From positions 4,154,001 to 4,218,000 of the forward strand of contig CATNEN010000001.1 of NCBI GenBank assembly GCA_950097015.1: DNA of 64,000 nucleotides, in the 5' to 3' direction. The position numbers and the translations under genes were made by a program. Source of the DNA: Macrostomum hystrix. Taxonomy: Eukaryota; Animalia; Platyhelminthes. Positions 1 to 11,998 of this stretch are shown piece after piece (the stretch's first letter is position 1; each line of letters begins with the position of its first letter). A model generated the notes under the pieces. The model was given only the letters and a program-made list of their open reading frames with translations, searched no databases and had not been told where the DNA came from.

Positions 1-152
1 TTAGAGTGACGGGAGTAGAGTGACGGGAATTAGAGTGACGGGAGTAGAGTGACGGGAATAGAGTGACGGGAGTAGAGTGACGGGAATAGAGTGACGGGAA
101 TAGAGTGACGGGAGTAGAGTGACGAGAATAGAGTGACGGGAACTGAGTGACC
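1..152. repeat. Minisatellite, ~14-15 bp unit (AGAGTGACGGGA[G/A]T), intronic
   Basis: About 10 tandem copies directly visible; truncated by the window edge. Confidence 0.95.
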
Positions 153-170
153 GTTTATAATCCAAGTTAC

Positions 171-3100
171 CTTTAGGCTTGGCGAATCCGGCCTCGTCAT
201 GGCTATGATCGGTGTGGTTCTCGCTAGAATTAGCCCCAAATGAATCCGGAGTAGAAGTGCCAGTTGATGATGAACTGCCAGCTGAGGAGTCAGATAGCGC
301 AGAAACCTGCTAGAAAAATTATTGTGAGTGGCATTACGCCAATTTTCTAATACGTTCCTTAATAATCTACCATTTATCCCATTCACTATCTTTAGAATTC
401 CCTACCGATAATCTCCTTTAAAATCCCCTACGATAGATAATCTCCTATAGAATCCCATACGATAATCTCCTATAGAATCTCCTACGATAATCTCCTATAG
501 AATCCCCTACGATAATCTCCTATAGAATCCCCTACGATAATCTATTTTAGAACGTCCCGATCCGATAAACAGTATTATAATTTCCCCTTCGATAATCTCC
601 TGATTGTATACAGACACATTTGGTGGCTTATCTCTGTAAACAATGGCAGGCTCGATTGTCAATGCCTATATTGTGAAAACTGGCCCAGAAATATCCCATT
701 CATGCATGCAGGCATGACTGGTTCTGATGCAGAGGAGTCACAAAATCGTTACTTGTCAGTATAATACAGATAACCATTTTAGTCAAAGATATCAGATATC
801 AGTCTAGACAAAAGCATAACTCAAAAGAGATTTGAAGGCCTATTATATATAACGCGTGCAGATAAATTTTCTTACAGTTTAAGTCAAGTCACGCCCGAAA
901 TGTGCTTTGAGATTGTAATTATTTCCTCTTTATATATATATATGTATGAGTATAATTCCTCGTCTAATTCTAGACCACTTTATTATTTATGCTAAGATAT
1001 GCAACCATAAAATTCAAGCACTAAATATAGACTTTCAGATTGAGTTAAGTGCATCAATATTTTAAAGCAGCTCTAAAATTTTAATCACAGTCAAGTATCT
1101 GGCGTCCTTCTAAAGTCCCGCTTCTTGGAAAACTGTCACTTCAAAAGTCCCGCTTGCTTGGAAAATGGTTAGCTAAAAAAGTCCCGCTTTCTTGCAAAAC
1201 TGTCACTTTAAAAGTCCCGCTTTCTTAGAAAACTGTCACTTCAAAAGTCCCGCTTTCTTAGAAAACGGTCACTTCAAAAGTCCCGCTTTCTTGGAAAACT
1301 GTCACTTCAAAAGTCCCGCTTTTTTGGAAAACTGTCACTTCAAAAGTCCCGCTTGCTCTTGGAAAACTGTCACTTCAAAAGTCCCGCTTGCTTGGAAAAC
1401 TGTCACTTCAAAAGTCCCGCTTTCTTGGAAAACTGTCACTTCAAAAGTCCCGCTTGCTTGGAAAACTGTCACTTCAAAAGTCCCGCTTTCTTGGAAAACT
1501 GTCACTTCAAAAGTCCCGCTTGCTTGGAAAATGGTTAGCTAAAAAAGTCCCGCTTGCTTGGAAAACTGTCACTTTAAAAGTCCCGCTTTCTTGGAAAACT
1601 GTCACTTCAAAAGTCCCGCTTTCTTGGAAAACTGTCACTTCAAAAGTCCCACTTTCTTGGAAAACTGTCACTTTAAAAGTCCCGCTTTCTTGGAAAACTG
1701 TCACTTTAAAAGTCCCGCTTTCTTGGAAAACTGTCACTTTAAAAGTCCCGCTTTCTTGGAAAACTGTCACTTTAAAAGTCCCGCTTTCTTGGAAAACTGT
1801 CACTTCAAAAGTCCCGCTTTCTTGGAAAACTGTCACTTCAAAAGTCCCACTTTCTTGGAAAACTGTCACTTCAAAAGTCTCGCCTGCTTGGAAAACTGTC
1901 ACTTCAAAAGTCCCGCTTTCTTGTAAAACTGTCACTTCAAAAGTCCCGCCTGCTTGGAAAACTGTCACTTCAAAAGTCCCGCCTGCTTGAAAAATGGTTA
2001 GCTAAAAAATTCTAGCCAAGAATTTTTTGTTTATAATTCGCGCTTTCTTGGAAAATTCTTGTTTAAAGTCACACTAACTAATAAACGTCACAACTAAAAA
2101 GTCCTTTAAACTTTGGTTTTCTTAGAAAACTGGTCCTCTAAAAGTCCCGCTTTTAAATAAAATGGATCCTAGTTATTGACTTAGAGTCCTAACTACAAAA
2201 ACAGGTCCTTTAAAAGTCCAGCTACCTTGCAAGACAGGGCTTTTAATCAGTCCCTAAAGCCAGCTTTTTTATTTACGAAAGCTCACTCAAACAGATCTTA
2301 TCTTTTATCAAAAGCAGCAATTAAGCGCAGTAGAAATATAAACACTTACAATCAAGAGCTGGCAAATTGCCAGTAGCAGACATAATCTTTCTAAAACAGT
2401 TTGCACCTGTTTCAGCCTTTGAGGCATTGAGGCCGCTGTTGTTGCTCACAAAAATTGCTAAAATCTATAATTTCCTTGGGGAAAGATGGTTCAAGATAGC
2501 TAGCTACAAGCGAGGCTACAGCTGTGTGAGTAGGAAATTGTCTTGGACTTTTACTCGCGAGGAAGGAATAGACAGATTTTGGTTAGCTCAATTCGCTTGA
2601 AGACTTGCTTTTACTTCTTTAAAAAAGACTCCCAATCCTATTTAGTAGTCTGCCTGTTGCTTGTTGCAGAAAGGGAGGACACACGGCTCGCTGCTATACG
2701 CTGCTGTACTGAGGGCCTATGGCTTGCAGCTGATTAACAGTTCAAACATGTTTTCTCTTTTCAACTGAAAACTGAATAATGACAGGTTTAAAACTCTACA
2801 ATTTCAGGATTGTTGTAAAGGTGGGAACTTCTCAGCTCAGCTGGCGAAAAAATACTGAGTCTTTCATTACAGTTGTCTATCTTACTTATTCCTTTCTATT
2901 TTATATAAGCCGCTATTAGCAGCCTATCCCAGGGTATTTCCAAATGCAACCAAGTCTTTCATATTGCAGCTACAATAGAATTGAAAACCTCCATCGTTCA
3001 AGTTCAACTTGGAGAGTGGGTAGGGTTGGCCTATGTACATTTGGATTGTAATGTACATTAAAACAGCCACGTTGGGCCTTGGGGTGGGGCTTTTGGGTCT

Positions 3101-6100
3101 TTCGGTCTGGTTTGAGCTAAGGCGTGAGGCTAGCAGGGGGTCCGAGTGTGAAATAAAGTTTTAACCTGAGGCTATTTCAGCGCAAACACAGCGTCAATAC
3201 TGTACATTCTTGACCCCTCCGTTTGGGGTTGGCGTACACACTCTACACACTCGATTAAGAAGTTCCTTAGCATAGAATAGCAGCACAAGAAAACGAATGG
3301 GCTTGTTCTGTCTTACTCGCCACAATCTTCTTTAGAACATCAGCACAAAGTTAGTGTAAAAACATAAAAGAACTGTACACCTTTTACTCTAAATTATTCA
3401 GGCAAACCGGCATTGCCAGAAACGCTTCTAAAAGCTAAGATTTTTTGTCTCTTTCTTGCATAGTGCGGTCAGCTGCAATGTTTAGAAACAAGCTATGGAC
3501 AAGAATAGAAATGAGATGTCAAAGAAGAGTCTTATAATAAAACAAACATTCTTTTACTTGTGTCTTTTCTGTCGAATGTTAGGCCTATTAAACCGCGTTT
3601 CTTTAAAAATCTCTTTGTTGCACTTAATTACAATTGTCACAATTGTTTTCGGTGGCAAATGAAAACAGTTATTTTTAGAATTGAGTTGGCACTTGCCACA
3701 TCACAACTAATTTTATCCGAATAGACCACAATGCACCCGTAGATATTATTTTTAATGACTCACAAAGCGCATTGCAGTGAGTCAGAATACTTCATAACCT
3801 TTCGATTTCATCATGTTGAAAAAAATATTTCACACATTTGTTAGAGTTCAAAATACACACTTTTAATCAGACGACCCACTTTTAATTGGTTGTCGGTTCT
3901 CCACGGTGTACAACAGTTAGACAGGGTGCCCATCAGCTGTTAGACAGGGTGCCTATCAACTGTTAGACAGGGTGCCCATCAGCTGTTAGACAGGGTGCCC
4001 ATCAGCTGTTAGACAGGGTGCCTATCAACTGTTAGACAGGGTGCCCATCAGCTGTTAGACAGGGTGCCCATCAGCTGTTAGACAGGGTGTCCATCAGCTG
4101 TTAGACAAGGTGTCCATCAGCTGTTAGACAGGGTGCCATCAGCTGTTAGACAGGGTGCCCATCAGCTGTTAGACAGGGTGCCCATCAGCTGTTAGACAAG
4201 GTGTCCATCAGCTGTTAGACAGGGTGCCCATCAGCTGTTAGACAGGGTGCCATCAGCTGTTAGACAGGGTGCCCATCAGCTGTTAGACAGGGTGCCCATC
4301 AGCTGTTAGACGAGGTGTCCATCAGCTGTTAGACAGGGTGCCCATCAGCTGTTAGACAGGGTGTCCATCAGCTGTTAGACAAGGTGTCCATCAGCTGTTA
4401 GACAGGGTGTCCATCAGCTGTTAGACAAGGTGTCCATCAGCTGTTAGACTGGGTGCCCATCAGCTGTTAGACAGGGTGCCCATCAGCTGTTAGACAAGGT
4501 GTCCATCAGCTGTTAGACAGGGTGTCCATCAGCTGTTAGACAAGGTGTCCATCAGCTGTTAGACTGGGTGCCCATCAGCTGTTAGACAGGGTGTCCATCA
4601 GCTGTTAGACAAGGTGTCCATCAGCTGTTAGACAGGGTGTCCATCAGCTGTTAGACAAGGTGTCCATCAGCTGTTAGACAGGGTGTCCATCAGCTGTTAG
4701 ACAAGGTGTCCATCAGCTGTTAGACTGGGTGCCCATCAGCTGTTAGACAGGGTGTCCATCAACTGTTACACAGGGTGCCCATCAGCTGTTAGACAGGGTG
4801 CCCATCAGCTGTTAGACAAGGTGTCCATCAGCTGTTAGACAGGGTGTCCATCAGCTGTTAGACAAGGTGTCCATCAGCTGTTAGACTGGGTGCCCATCAG
4901 CTGTTAGACAGGGTGTCCATCAGCTGTTAGACAAGGTGTCCATCAGCTGTTAGACAGGGTGTCCATCAGCTGTTAGACAAGGTGTCCATCAGCTGTTAGA
5001 CAGGGTGTCCATCAGCTGTTAGACAAGGTGTCCATCAGCTGTTAGACTGGGTGCCCATCAGCTGTTAGACAGGGTGTCCATCAACTGTTACACAGGGTGC
5101 CCATCAGCTGTTAGACAGGGTGTCCATCAACTGTTAGACAGGTGTTACACAGGGTGCCCATCAGCTGTTAGACAGCTGTTAGACAGGGTGTCCATTAACT
5201 GTTAGACAGGTGTTAGACAGGGTGTCCATCAACTGTTAGACAAGGTTCACATCGGTACTTTATGCATCTCTGGTGACATCATTCGAGTGAACTGTTTATA
5301 CAAAGCGGTATAGCGCACTTTAACACAGGAAATGTCCAATATAGGGCTTCAGGTATTAATTTCGCTTTGATTAGGTTATTTTTGCTGAACGCACACTGAC
5401 TTACAGCTGAAGTTTTTTTCGCTGCAGCAGTTTATTACGACGTACAATGTGAATATTATATGTTTTCCAGAGAAAATGATTGCCAAAAACTTGTAAAACA
5501 GTAGCTTAGGCAGTCATGCTTCTAAATTATCACTTAATTTATGAAATTGCTCCAAAAATTGATAGCTAGATAAGTTTCAGAGTTTAGCATTCAGATGCAC
5601 AGCTGCTTTTGCCAGTAGAAGACAATTAAATTATTTACACAATCGTCATATAGCTATGACTTTAAGGGACAGTTTATTGACTTAAAAGTTTGACGATATT
5701 TTAATCAGGTGTTGTTTACAATGGTTGCATGGTTAACAGTGTGTCTAACAGTAGCTAGAACAGTGTGTCTAACAGCAGCTAGAACAGTGTGCCTAACAGC
5801 AGCTAGAACAGTGTGTCTAACAGTAGCTAGAACAGTGTGTCTAACAGTAGCTAGAACAGGGTGTCTAACAGCAGCTAGAACAGGGTGTCTAACAGCAGCT
5901 AGAACAGGGTGTCTAACAGTAGCTAGAACAGGGTGTCTAACAGTAGCTAGAACAGGGTGTCTAACAGCAGCTAGAACAGGGTGTCTAACAGCAGCTAGAA
6001 CAGGGTGTCTAACAGTAGCTAGAACAGGGTGTCTAACAGTAGCTAGAACAGGGTGTCTAACAGTAGCTAGAACAGGGTGTCTAACAGCAGCTAGAACAGG

Positions 6101-9100
6101 GTGTCTAACAGCAGCTAGAACAGTGTGTCTAACAGCAGCTAGAACAGTGTGCCTAACAGCAGCTAGAACAGTGTGTCTAACAGTAGCTAGAACAGTGTGT
6201 CTAACAGTAGCTAGAACAGGGTGTCTAACAGTAGCTAAAACAGGGTGTCTAACAGTAGCTAGAACAGGGTGTCTAACAGCAGCTAGAACAGGGTGTCTAA
6301 CAGTAGCTAGAACAGGGTGTCTAACAGTAGCTAGAACAGGGTGTCTAACAGTAGCTAGAACAGGGTGTCTAACAGCAGCTAGAACAGGGTGTCTAACAGC
6401 AGCTAGAACAGTGTGTCTAACAGTAGCTAGAACAGGGTGTCTAACAGTAGCTAGAACAGTGTGCCTAACAGTAGCTAGAACAGTGTGTCTAACAGTAGCT
6501 AGAACAGTGTGCCTAACAGCAGCTAGAACAGTGTGTCTAACAGCAGCTAGAACAGGGTGTCTAACAGTAGCTAGAACAGGGTGTCTAACAGTAGCTAGAA
6601 CAGGGTGTCTAACAGCAGCTAGAACAGGGTGTCTAACAGCAGCTAGAACAGGGTGTCTAACAGCAGCTAGAACAGTGTGTCTAACAGCAGCTAGAACAGT
6701 GTGTCTAACAGTAGCAAGAACAGTGTGTCTAACAGTAGCTAGAACAGTGTGTCTAACAGTAGCTAGAACAGGGTGTCTAACAGTAGCTAGAACAGTGTGT
6801 CTAACAGCAGCTAGAACAGTGTGTCTAACAGCAGCTAGAACAGTGTGTCTAACAGTAGCTAGAACAGTGTGTCTAACAGTAGCAAGAACAGTGTGTCTAA
6901 CAGTAGCTAGAACAGTGTGTCTAACAGTAGCTAGAACAGTGTGTCTAACAGTAGCAAGAACAGGGTGTCTAACAGTAGCTAGAACAGTGTGTCTAACAGT
7001 AGCTAGAACAGGGTGTCTAACAGTAGCTAGAACAGTGTGTCTAACAGTAGCTAGAACAGTGTGTCTAACAGTAGCAAGAACAGGGTGTCTAACAGAGGTC
7101 TCTCTGAACTCTTTCATGTTCTCAAACACAGTTATAGAGTGCACCGCAGAAGATAAGTCCATTTTCTTAGATAATTTCTACACTGTGGCTTATCAATACC
7201 TGAGAAATCACTCCGGACCTAGAGCATCCGTCCGCGTATAGCAGAGCGTAAATTATTAGGCGGAATATTAAATAATATTCAATATACTAGGCAAGTCAAG
7301 GTACATTTGTCACTTTTTTGCGAATATAAAAGTTATGCTATTTGTTTATCCTTCTTCTAGTATCTCTGACGTTTATATTAGACAGGCAAAAAGACGAAAC
7401 GAAGGAAACGCATATTCTTAATTTTCATTTTCCTAATCATTTTTTTTGCTGGCCGTGCTGCGAAAGCTGAAATTACTAATATATCTGGAATATTAAAATC
7501 TGCGGTCTTGAATTACAGAAAGTGGGTGGAGACAAAAAATCGCATATCTAAAGAGTTGTCATCATCCTTTTTTTGTTAAGGTGATGCCTAAAGGCTTCTC
7601 GCGTTAATGGATAGTGATTTGAGCAATAGGTAGCCTATAATATCTTATGCGGGTAGCATGGGCTTAGCAACAGTTTCATTGTGCTTCGTCTTTCCATTTT
7701 TAATCTGTATTTCTAATCTGTAGCGATGCTCACTTCAAGACCCTTGCTGCCTGGCTAGCTTTACAATTCTCTGATTTCTAATTGACTCAGCTTCCCCAAT
7801 CGCTAATTAGATGTACCTGCAGGCCACCCCCGCATTTGGCTCCCAGCGAGTTTTGTTCAGTCGATTCTTATCCTCTTGCAGATTTTCTCCAATTTCATCG
7901 GCCTTTTTAACTCTGACCAGAGTTTTAGTCTGAAAATTACTACGTTATAAGCCATAATCTATCTACGGAAGCTTAACTCTATCCACTCTACTCCATCCGC
8001 TCTACTCAATCCACTCTACTCCTTATACTCCATCCACTCTACTCCATCCACTCTATTCTATCCACTCTATTCTATCCACTCTATTCTATCCACTCTATTC
8101 TATCCACTCAACTTCGTCCACTCTACTCCGTCCACTCTACTCCGTCCACTCTACTCCATCCACTCTACTCCGTCCACTCTACTCCGTCCACTCTACTCCG
8201 TCCACTCTACTCCGTCCACTCTACTCCATCACCTCTACTCCATCCACTCTACTCCATCCGCTTTACTCCATCACCTCGACTCCATCCACTTTACTCCATC
8301 CACTGTACTCCATCTACACTTCACAATCCACTCTACTCCATCCACTGTACTCGATCTATACACTTCACAATCCACTCTACTCCATCCACTGTACTCGATC
8401 TATACACTTCACAATCCACTCTACTCCATCCACTGTACTCGATCTACACTTCACAATCCACTCTACTCCATCAACTTTACTCCATCTACACTTCACAATC
8501 CACTCTACTCCATCAACTTTACTCCATCTACACTTCACAATCCACTCTACTCCTTCCACTGTACTCCATCTACACTTCACAATCCACTCTACTCTATCCT
8601 CTCTACTCAAACAACTCTACTCTACTCTACTCTCTACTCGAATCTCACCAGGGTTTAACTCAGTACACGAATAAGCATAGGTGCAGATGGAGCACATCTG
8701 TCTTGTTTCAGAAAGATAGAGAGAAGGAGAGAGTCCTTACTGAGCTGCCTCGTGCTGAGCACACGAAGAAATAGTCGAAAAAAGAGCAAATATTTTATGT
8801 CTTCTCTGTATATACTCGTAGCTATAAGCCAGAAATCCCAAAGTATTTTTCGGCGCAGATATGGACATAGATAATGCGGTGACTGCGTGTCAGAAAGGAT
8901 ATTATATTGTCTATATATTTCCTCCTGTATCACTGCCAGTCCTTAATTTGGCTGACACGATAATTGACTGTAAAGTTGCGTGCAACATGGCAGATAAGTA
9001 ATCGATGCATCTATCATCATTGTTGATGATCTTTTTGTCATCAATTAAAATGGCATCATTGTGAGACTCCTTAGATATTCTTAGAATACTAACATAAAGA

Positions 9101-9453
9101 TTAACTATGACTTACTTTTACAATTAGTAAAGGTTCAGGAGTACTTTTCCTGAACTAAAATGTTTAATATAATGTTAACATGCTACTTTTGGCAGTAGTC
9201 GATTAGGTACTCCCTATTGAAGATTATTTCTTATTTATGAAACAATTTCTTACCTGAACAGATTCGTGAATCATTCTCAACTGACTATCGCACAGGTGCG
9301 AATCTAGCTGTTGAATCAGGGCTGGGCAGATGGCAACAAACTCTTCGGCAGTGAGGGACTGGTGCGGCTCCAGGCCGAATAGTTGGAAGTACTCCAGCGG
9401 CTGCATGCACTGCAGGAGGTCGCAGGTTCGAATCTCAGCTCAAAGTAAACATT

Positions 9454-9498
<45 letters not shown>

Positions 9499-9517
9499 TT
9501 ATCTATCTATCTATCTA

Positions 9518-9571
<54 letters not shown>

Positions 9572-9590
9572 TTATCTATCTATCTATCTA

Positions 9591-9667
<77 letters not shown>

Positions 9668-10203
9668 ACTATCTATCTATCTATCTATCTACCTATCTAT
9701 CTATTTATCTATCTATCTATTATCTATCTAATTGATTTATTTAGCTAACCTACATGGTTAACGCTGGGCAATTCATCATCATGATTGTCTTCAATTCCGT
9801 GCCGTCGATGTCTTCTTGACTTTTTAGGTCTGTCGCTGTGGTCAACGCTTTCACTACCGTTTGTGCGATGGTCTTCGTGCGCGTCGGCGTGACGCGAAGA
9901 ACTAGTAGCATCGGACTTCTCGATGCCGATGTGCAACAGCAGGTGTTTCAATTCGACCAGCGGTAGAGTGTGCCTTGTGCCGTAGCGACTAAACAGACGG
10001 TGCATGAACAACGACGGTAATGAGCCCTCTGTTGCTTCCAGGGGCAACAGATCTGTATGCTGATGGTCGTTACTATCGCTGTCATTTGTCACATTGTGAT
10101 GTTGGTGCAACAAATGCAACTGACTTGATGGCAGTCGACACGACAGAACCAACAAGAATATCAGTTTAGTACAGAACGCATTTTGCGTCTTAAATTTTAG
10201 CAT
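171..10203 (-). CDS. LIV-1 subfamily ZIP zinc transporter (SLC39A6/A10-like), 5' part; continues beyond the left window edge
   Basis: Exons 10203-9750 (signal peptide MLKFKTQNAFCTKLIFLLVLSC, His-rich ectodomain), 9438-9254 (LQCMQPLEYFQLFGL...EEFVAICPALIQQLDSHLC, the LIV-1 PAL motif) and 306-171 (…ENHTDHSHDEAGFAKPK). All have GT-AG ends and compatible phases (1, 0). The TM domain is not in the window. Confidence 0.85.
390..600. repeat. Minisatellite, ~25 bp unit (CCTACGATAATCTCCTATAGAATCC)
   Basis: Tandem copies visible, degenerate at the ends. Confidence 0.85.
1105..2010. repeat. Minisatellite, 33 bp unit (TTGGAAAACTGTCACTTCAAAAGTCCCGCTTTC)
   Basis: About 27 copies; explains the periodic ORFs in several frames. 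Confidence 0.97.
3912..5245. repeat. Minisatellite, 23 bp unit (CAGCTGTTAGACAGGGTGYCCAT)
   Basis: Long near-perfect tandem array. Confidence 0.97.
5735..7095. repeat. Minisatellite, 24 bp unit (GTCTAACAGYAGCTAGAACAGKGT)
   Basis: Long near-perfect tandem array; gives spurious 485/510-aa ORFs. Confidence 0.97.
7975..8640. repeat. Minisatellite: 15 bp unit (TCCACTCTACTCCA/G) grading into a ~42 bp higher-order unit
   Basis: Tandem copies visible. Confidence 0.9.
9454..9730. repeat. (TATC)n / GATA microsatellite filling most of ZIP intron 1
   Basis: Direct. Confidence 0.98.
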
Positions 10204-11998
10204 TTAAGAGGCTGAATTTAAAGAGCACCTAGACAGCTTAGAAAACAAATTTAGCTGCATGTGTAAACCCGCCACTGGCTACTTTTTATAGTTTTTAATT
10301 GAAGGCTCTAAACAAACACTGATAAGCGGGACCTGCGGTCCAAAACAGTTCGTGAGAAGTGCACAGAAGAGATTTGTTTAAAGATAAGAAGACGACACGC
10401 GAGACTAAAAACGGGGGGGGAAAGCTTACAGGCATGTTCAGCCCGAACAATTTATCCTAGGATTTTGTTGTGGCACTGAAATTGAGCTTCCATTCCTGCT
10501 AATACGATAGACACAAAGTCATGAAATCTGCGTGTAAAGTTCTCTAACGGGGCGCACTCTATATCAACTAAAATGGGCTCAAACATTACTACACGCTAAA
10601 CAAATACTGATAAGTAATACTACACAATGAAACTCATGTAGTATGGGAATGGACAGTGGAAAACTTGAAAAAGTATTTCGTAAACTTTTAAGCACGCATT
10701 ATACATTAAGTTCATTAGGCCGGCAACATAAATTATTGGTAACAATTCCAGAAGTCTGTGAGCTTCTTTCAGCAGGTGACTAAAGCCGCAGCGAAAGTTA
10801 ACAGTGCGTCTGTGAACTAAAAAAAGATAAATTAAATTAAAGTTTATAAATTGAGAATCGGTGACGAACTCTTAAAATATCACTGTTGCTGTTAAAGAAA
10901 ACACTTATTCCCAAGCTATCAGTTAGGCTCCCGCGGAGCAAACTAATGAACTTGTATCCAATACTACGAAATGTACATTAATTAGTGGGAAACATGAAAA
11001 ATATATATGGATAATTCTGTCCAAAAGTGTAACGAAATGATTGGGTTTGGTCGCCATATGAAGTTGCCGTTTCAGTTTAGACGAGTGAAAAAACTGAAAC
11101 TGAAAAATCAGAAAGACATGTATACGTCATTATTACTCATTAAAATTAACGCATTAGGTTAAAATTATGTATAACTAAAGTATAACTATACATTAAAATG
11201 CTAGAATACCCATTCTTATCAAATAACCGATCGTAAAATACAGGCTCGCGATGAAGATTAAAAAAATCAACAAGGCACACTTATAATTTACATACCAGGT
11301 GAAGAATATTACAGCTTAGTTAAAAACTCGCCTCTGAAAACAATAAAACAAATGTTTAAAAAATAAAAATGCCAATGTATTTTTCTTATCAAGAAAAATA
11401 ATTTTATGTAATAAAAAAACAATTCAGTGCTTAAAGTAGTTTCTGAATAAGAAGTTAGAATTTTTTTCTTCGAATGTTATTTGCACAGATTTGACGTAAG
11501 ATTAATTTTCACAAATTAATTACTTACAATTTCTAATCGTTCATAATACTTATTTTAATTACACTGTCGAAGGTCTCATTTGATATTACGATATTACCAT
11601 AAGCATAAGAACTAGATACTTGTTTCTAGAGGCGATAAATCGTTATTAGAGTTAATATATCATCGATTACACCATTTGCTAAAAAATCTGTGTTGCTTTC
11701 GATAGATTTAGCTATTTATACTTGATTTCCTAAAATAATATATATATTCTCAAGCTTTCGGTTCGTTAAAAAACGCCACCAGCTGGTAAAAGTTTATGTA
11801 TATTGACAATTCGGTTGTGAATAAGTTTAAAAAGATTTGAAAAAAAGTTTTTAAACCTACTATACAGAATGTGATAAGACTTTTCGCCTATATATTCTAA
11901 TATCATCTATAATTATATAATCTAAATATTACTTTCTTTATATAATATAAGGTAAAGCCTAGTTCAAAGCAGAAAAAGGCATCTATCCTTCTTTCGAA

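Noticed and set aside
1105-2010. CRISPR-like regular repeats (and other arrays)
   Set aside because: Head-to-tail units without unique spacers, no cas genes, eukaryotic context
5705-7241. 485-aa and 510-aa ORFs on both strands
   Set aside because: Stop-free frames of a 24-bp tandem repeat inside the ZIP intron
7817-7929. Possible extra ZIP exon (TKTLVRVKKADEIGENLQ...)
   Set aside because: AG/GT-bounded and open, but ends in phase 2, which is incompatible with the phase-0 next exon; flanking exons join without it
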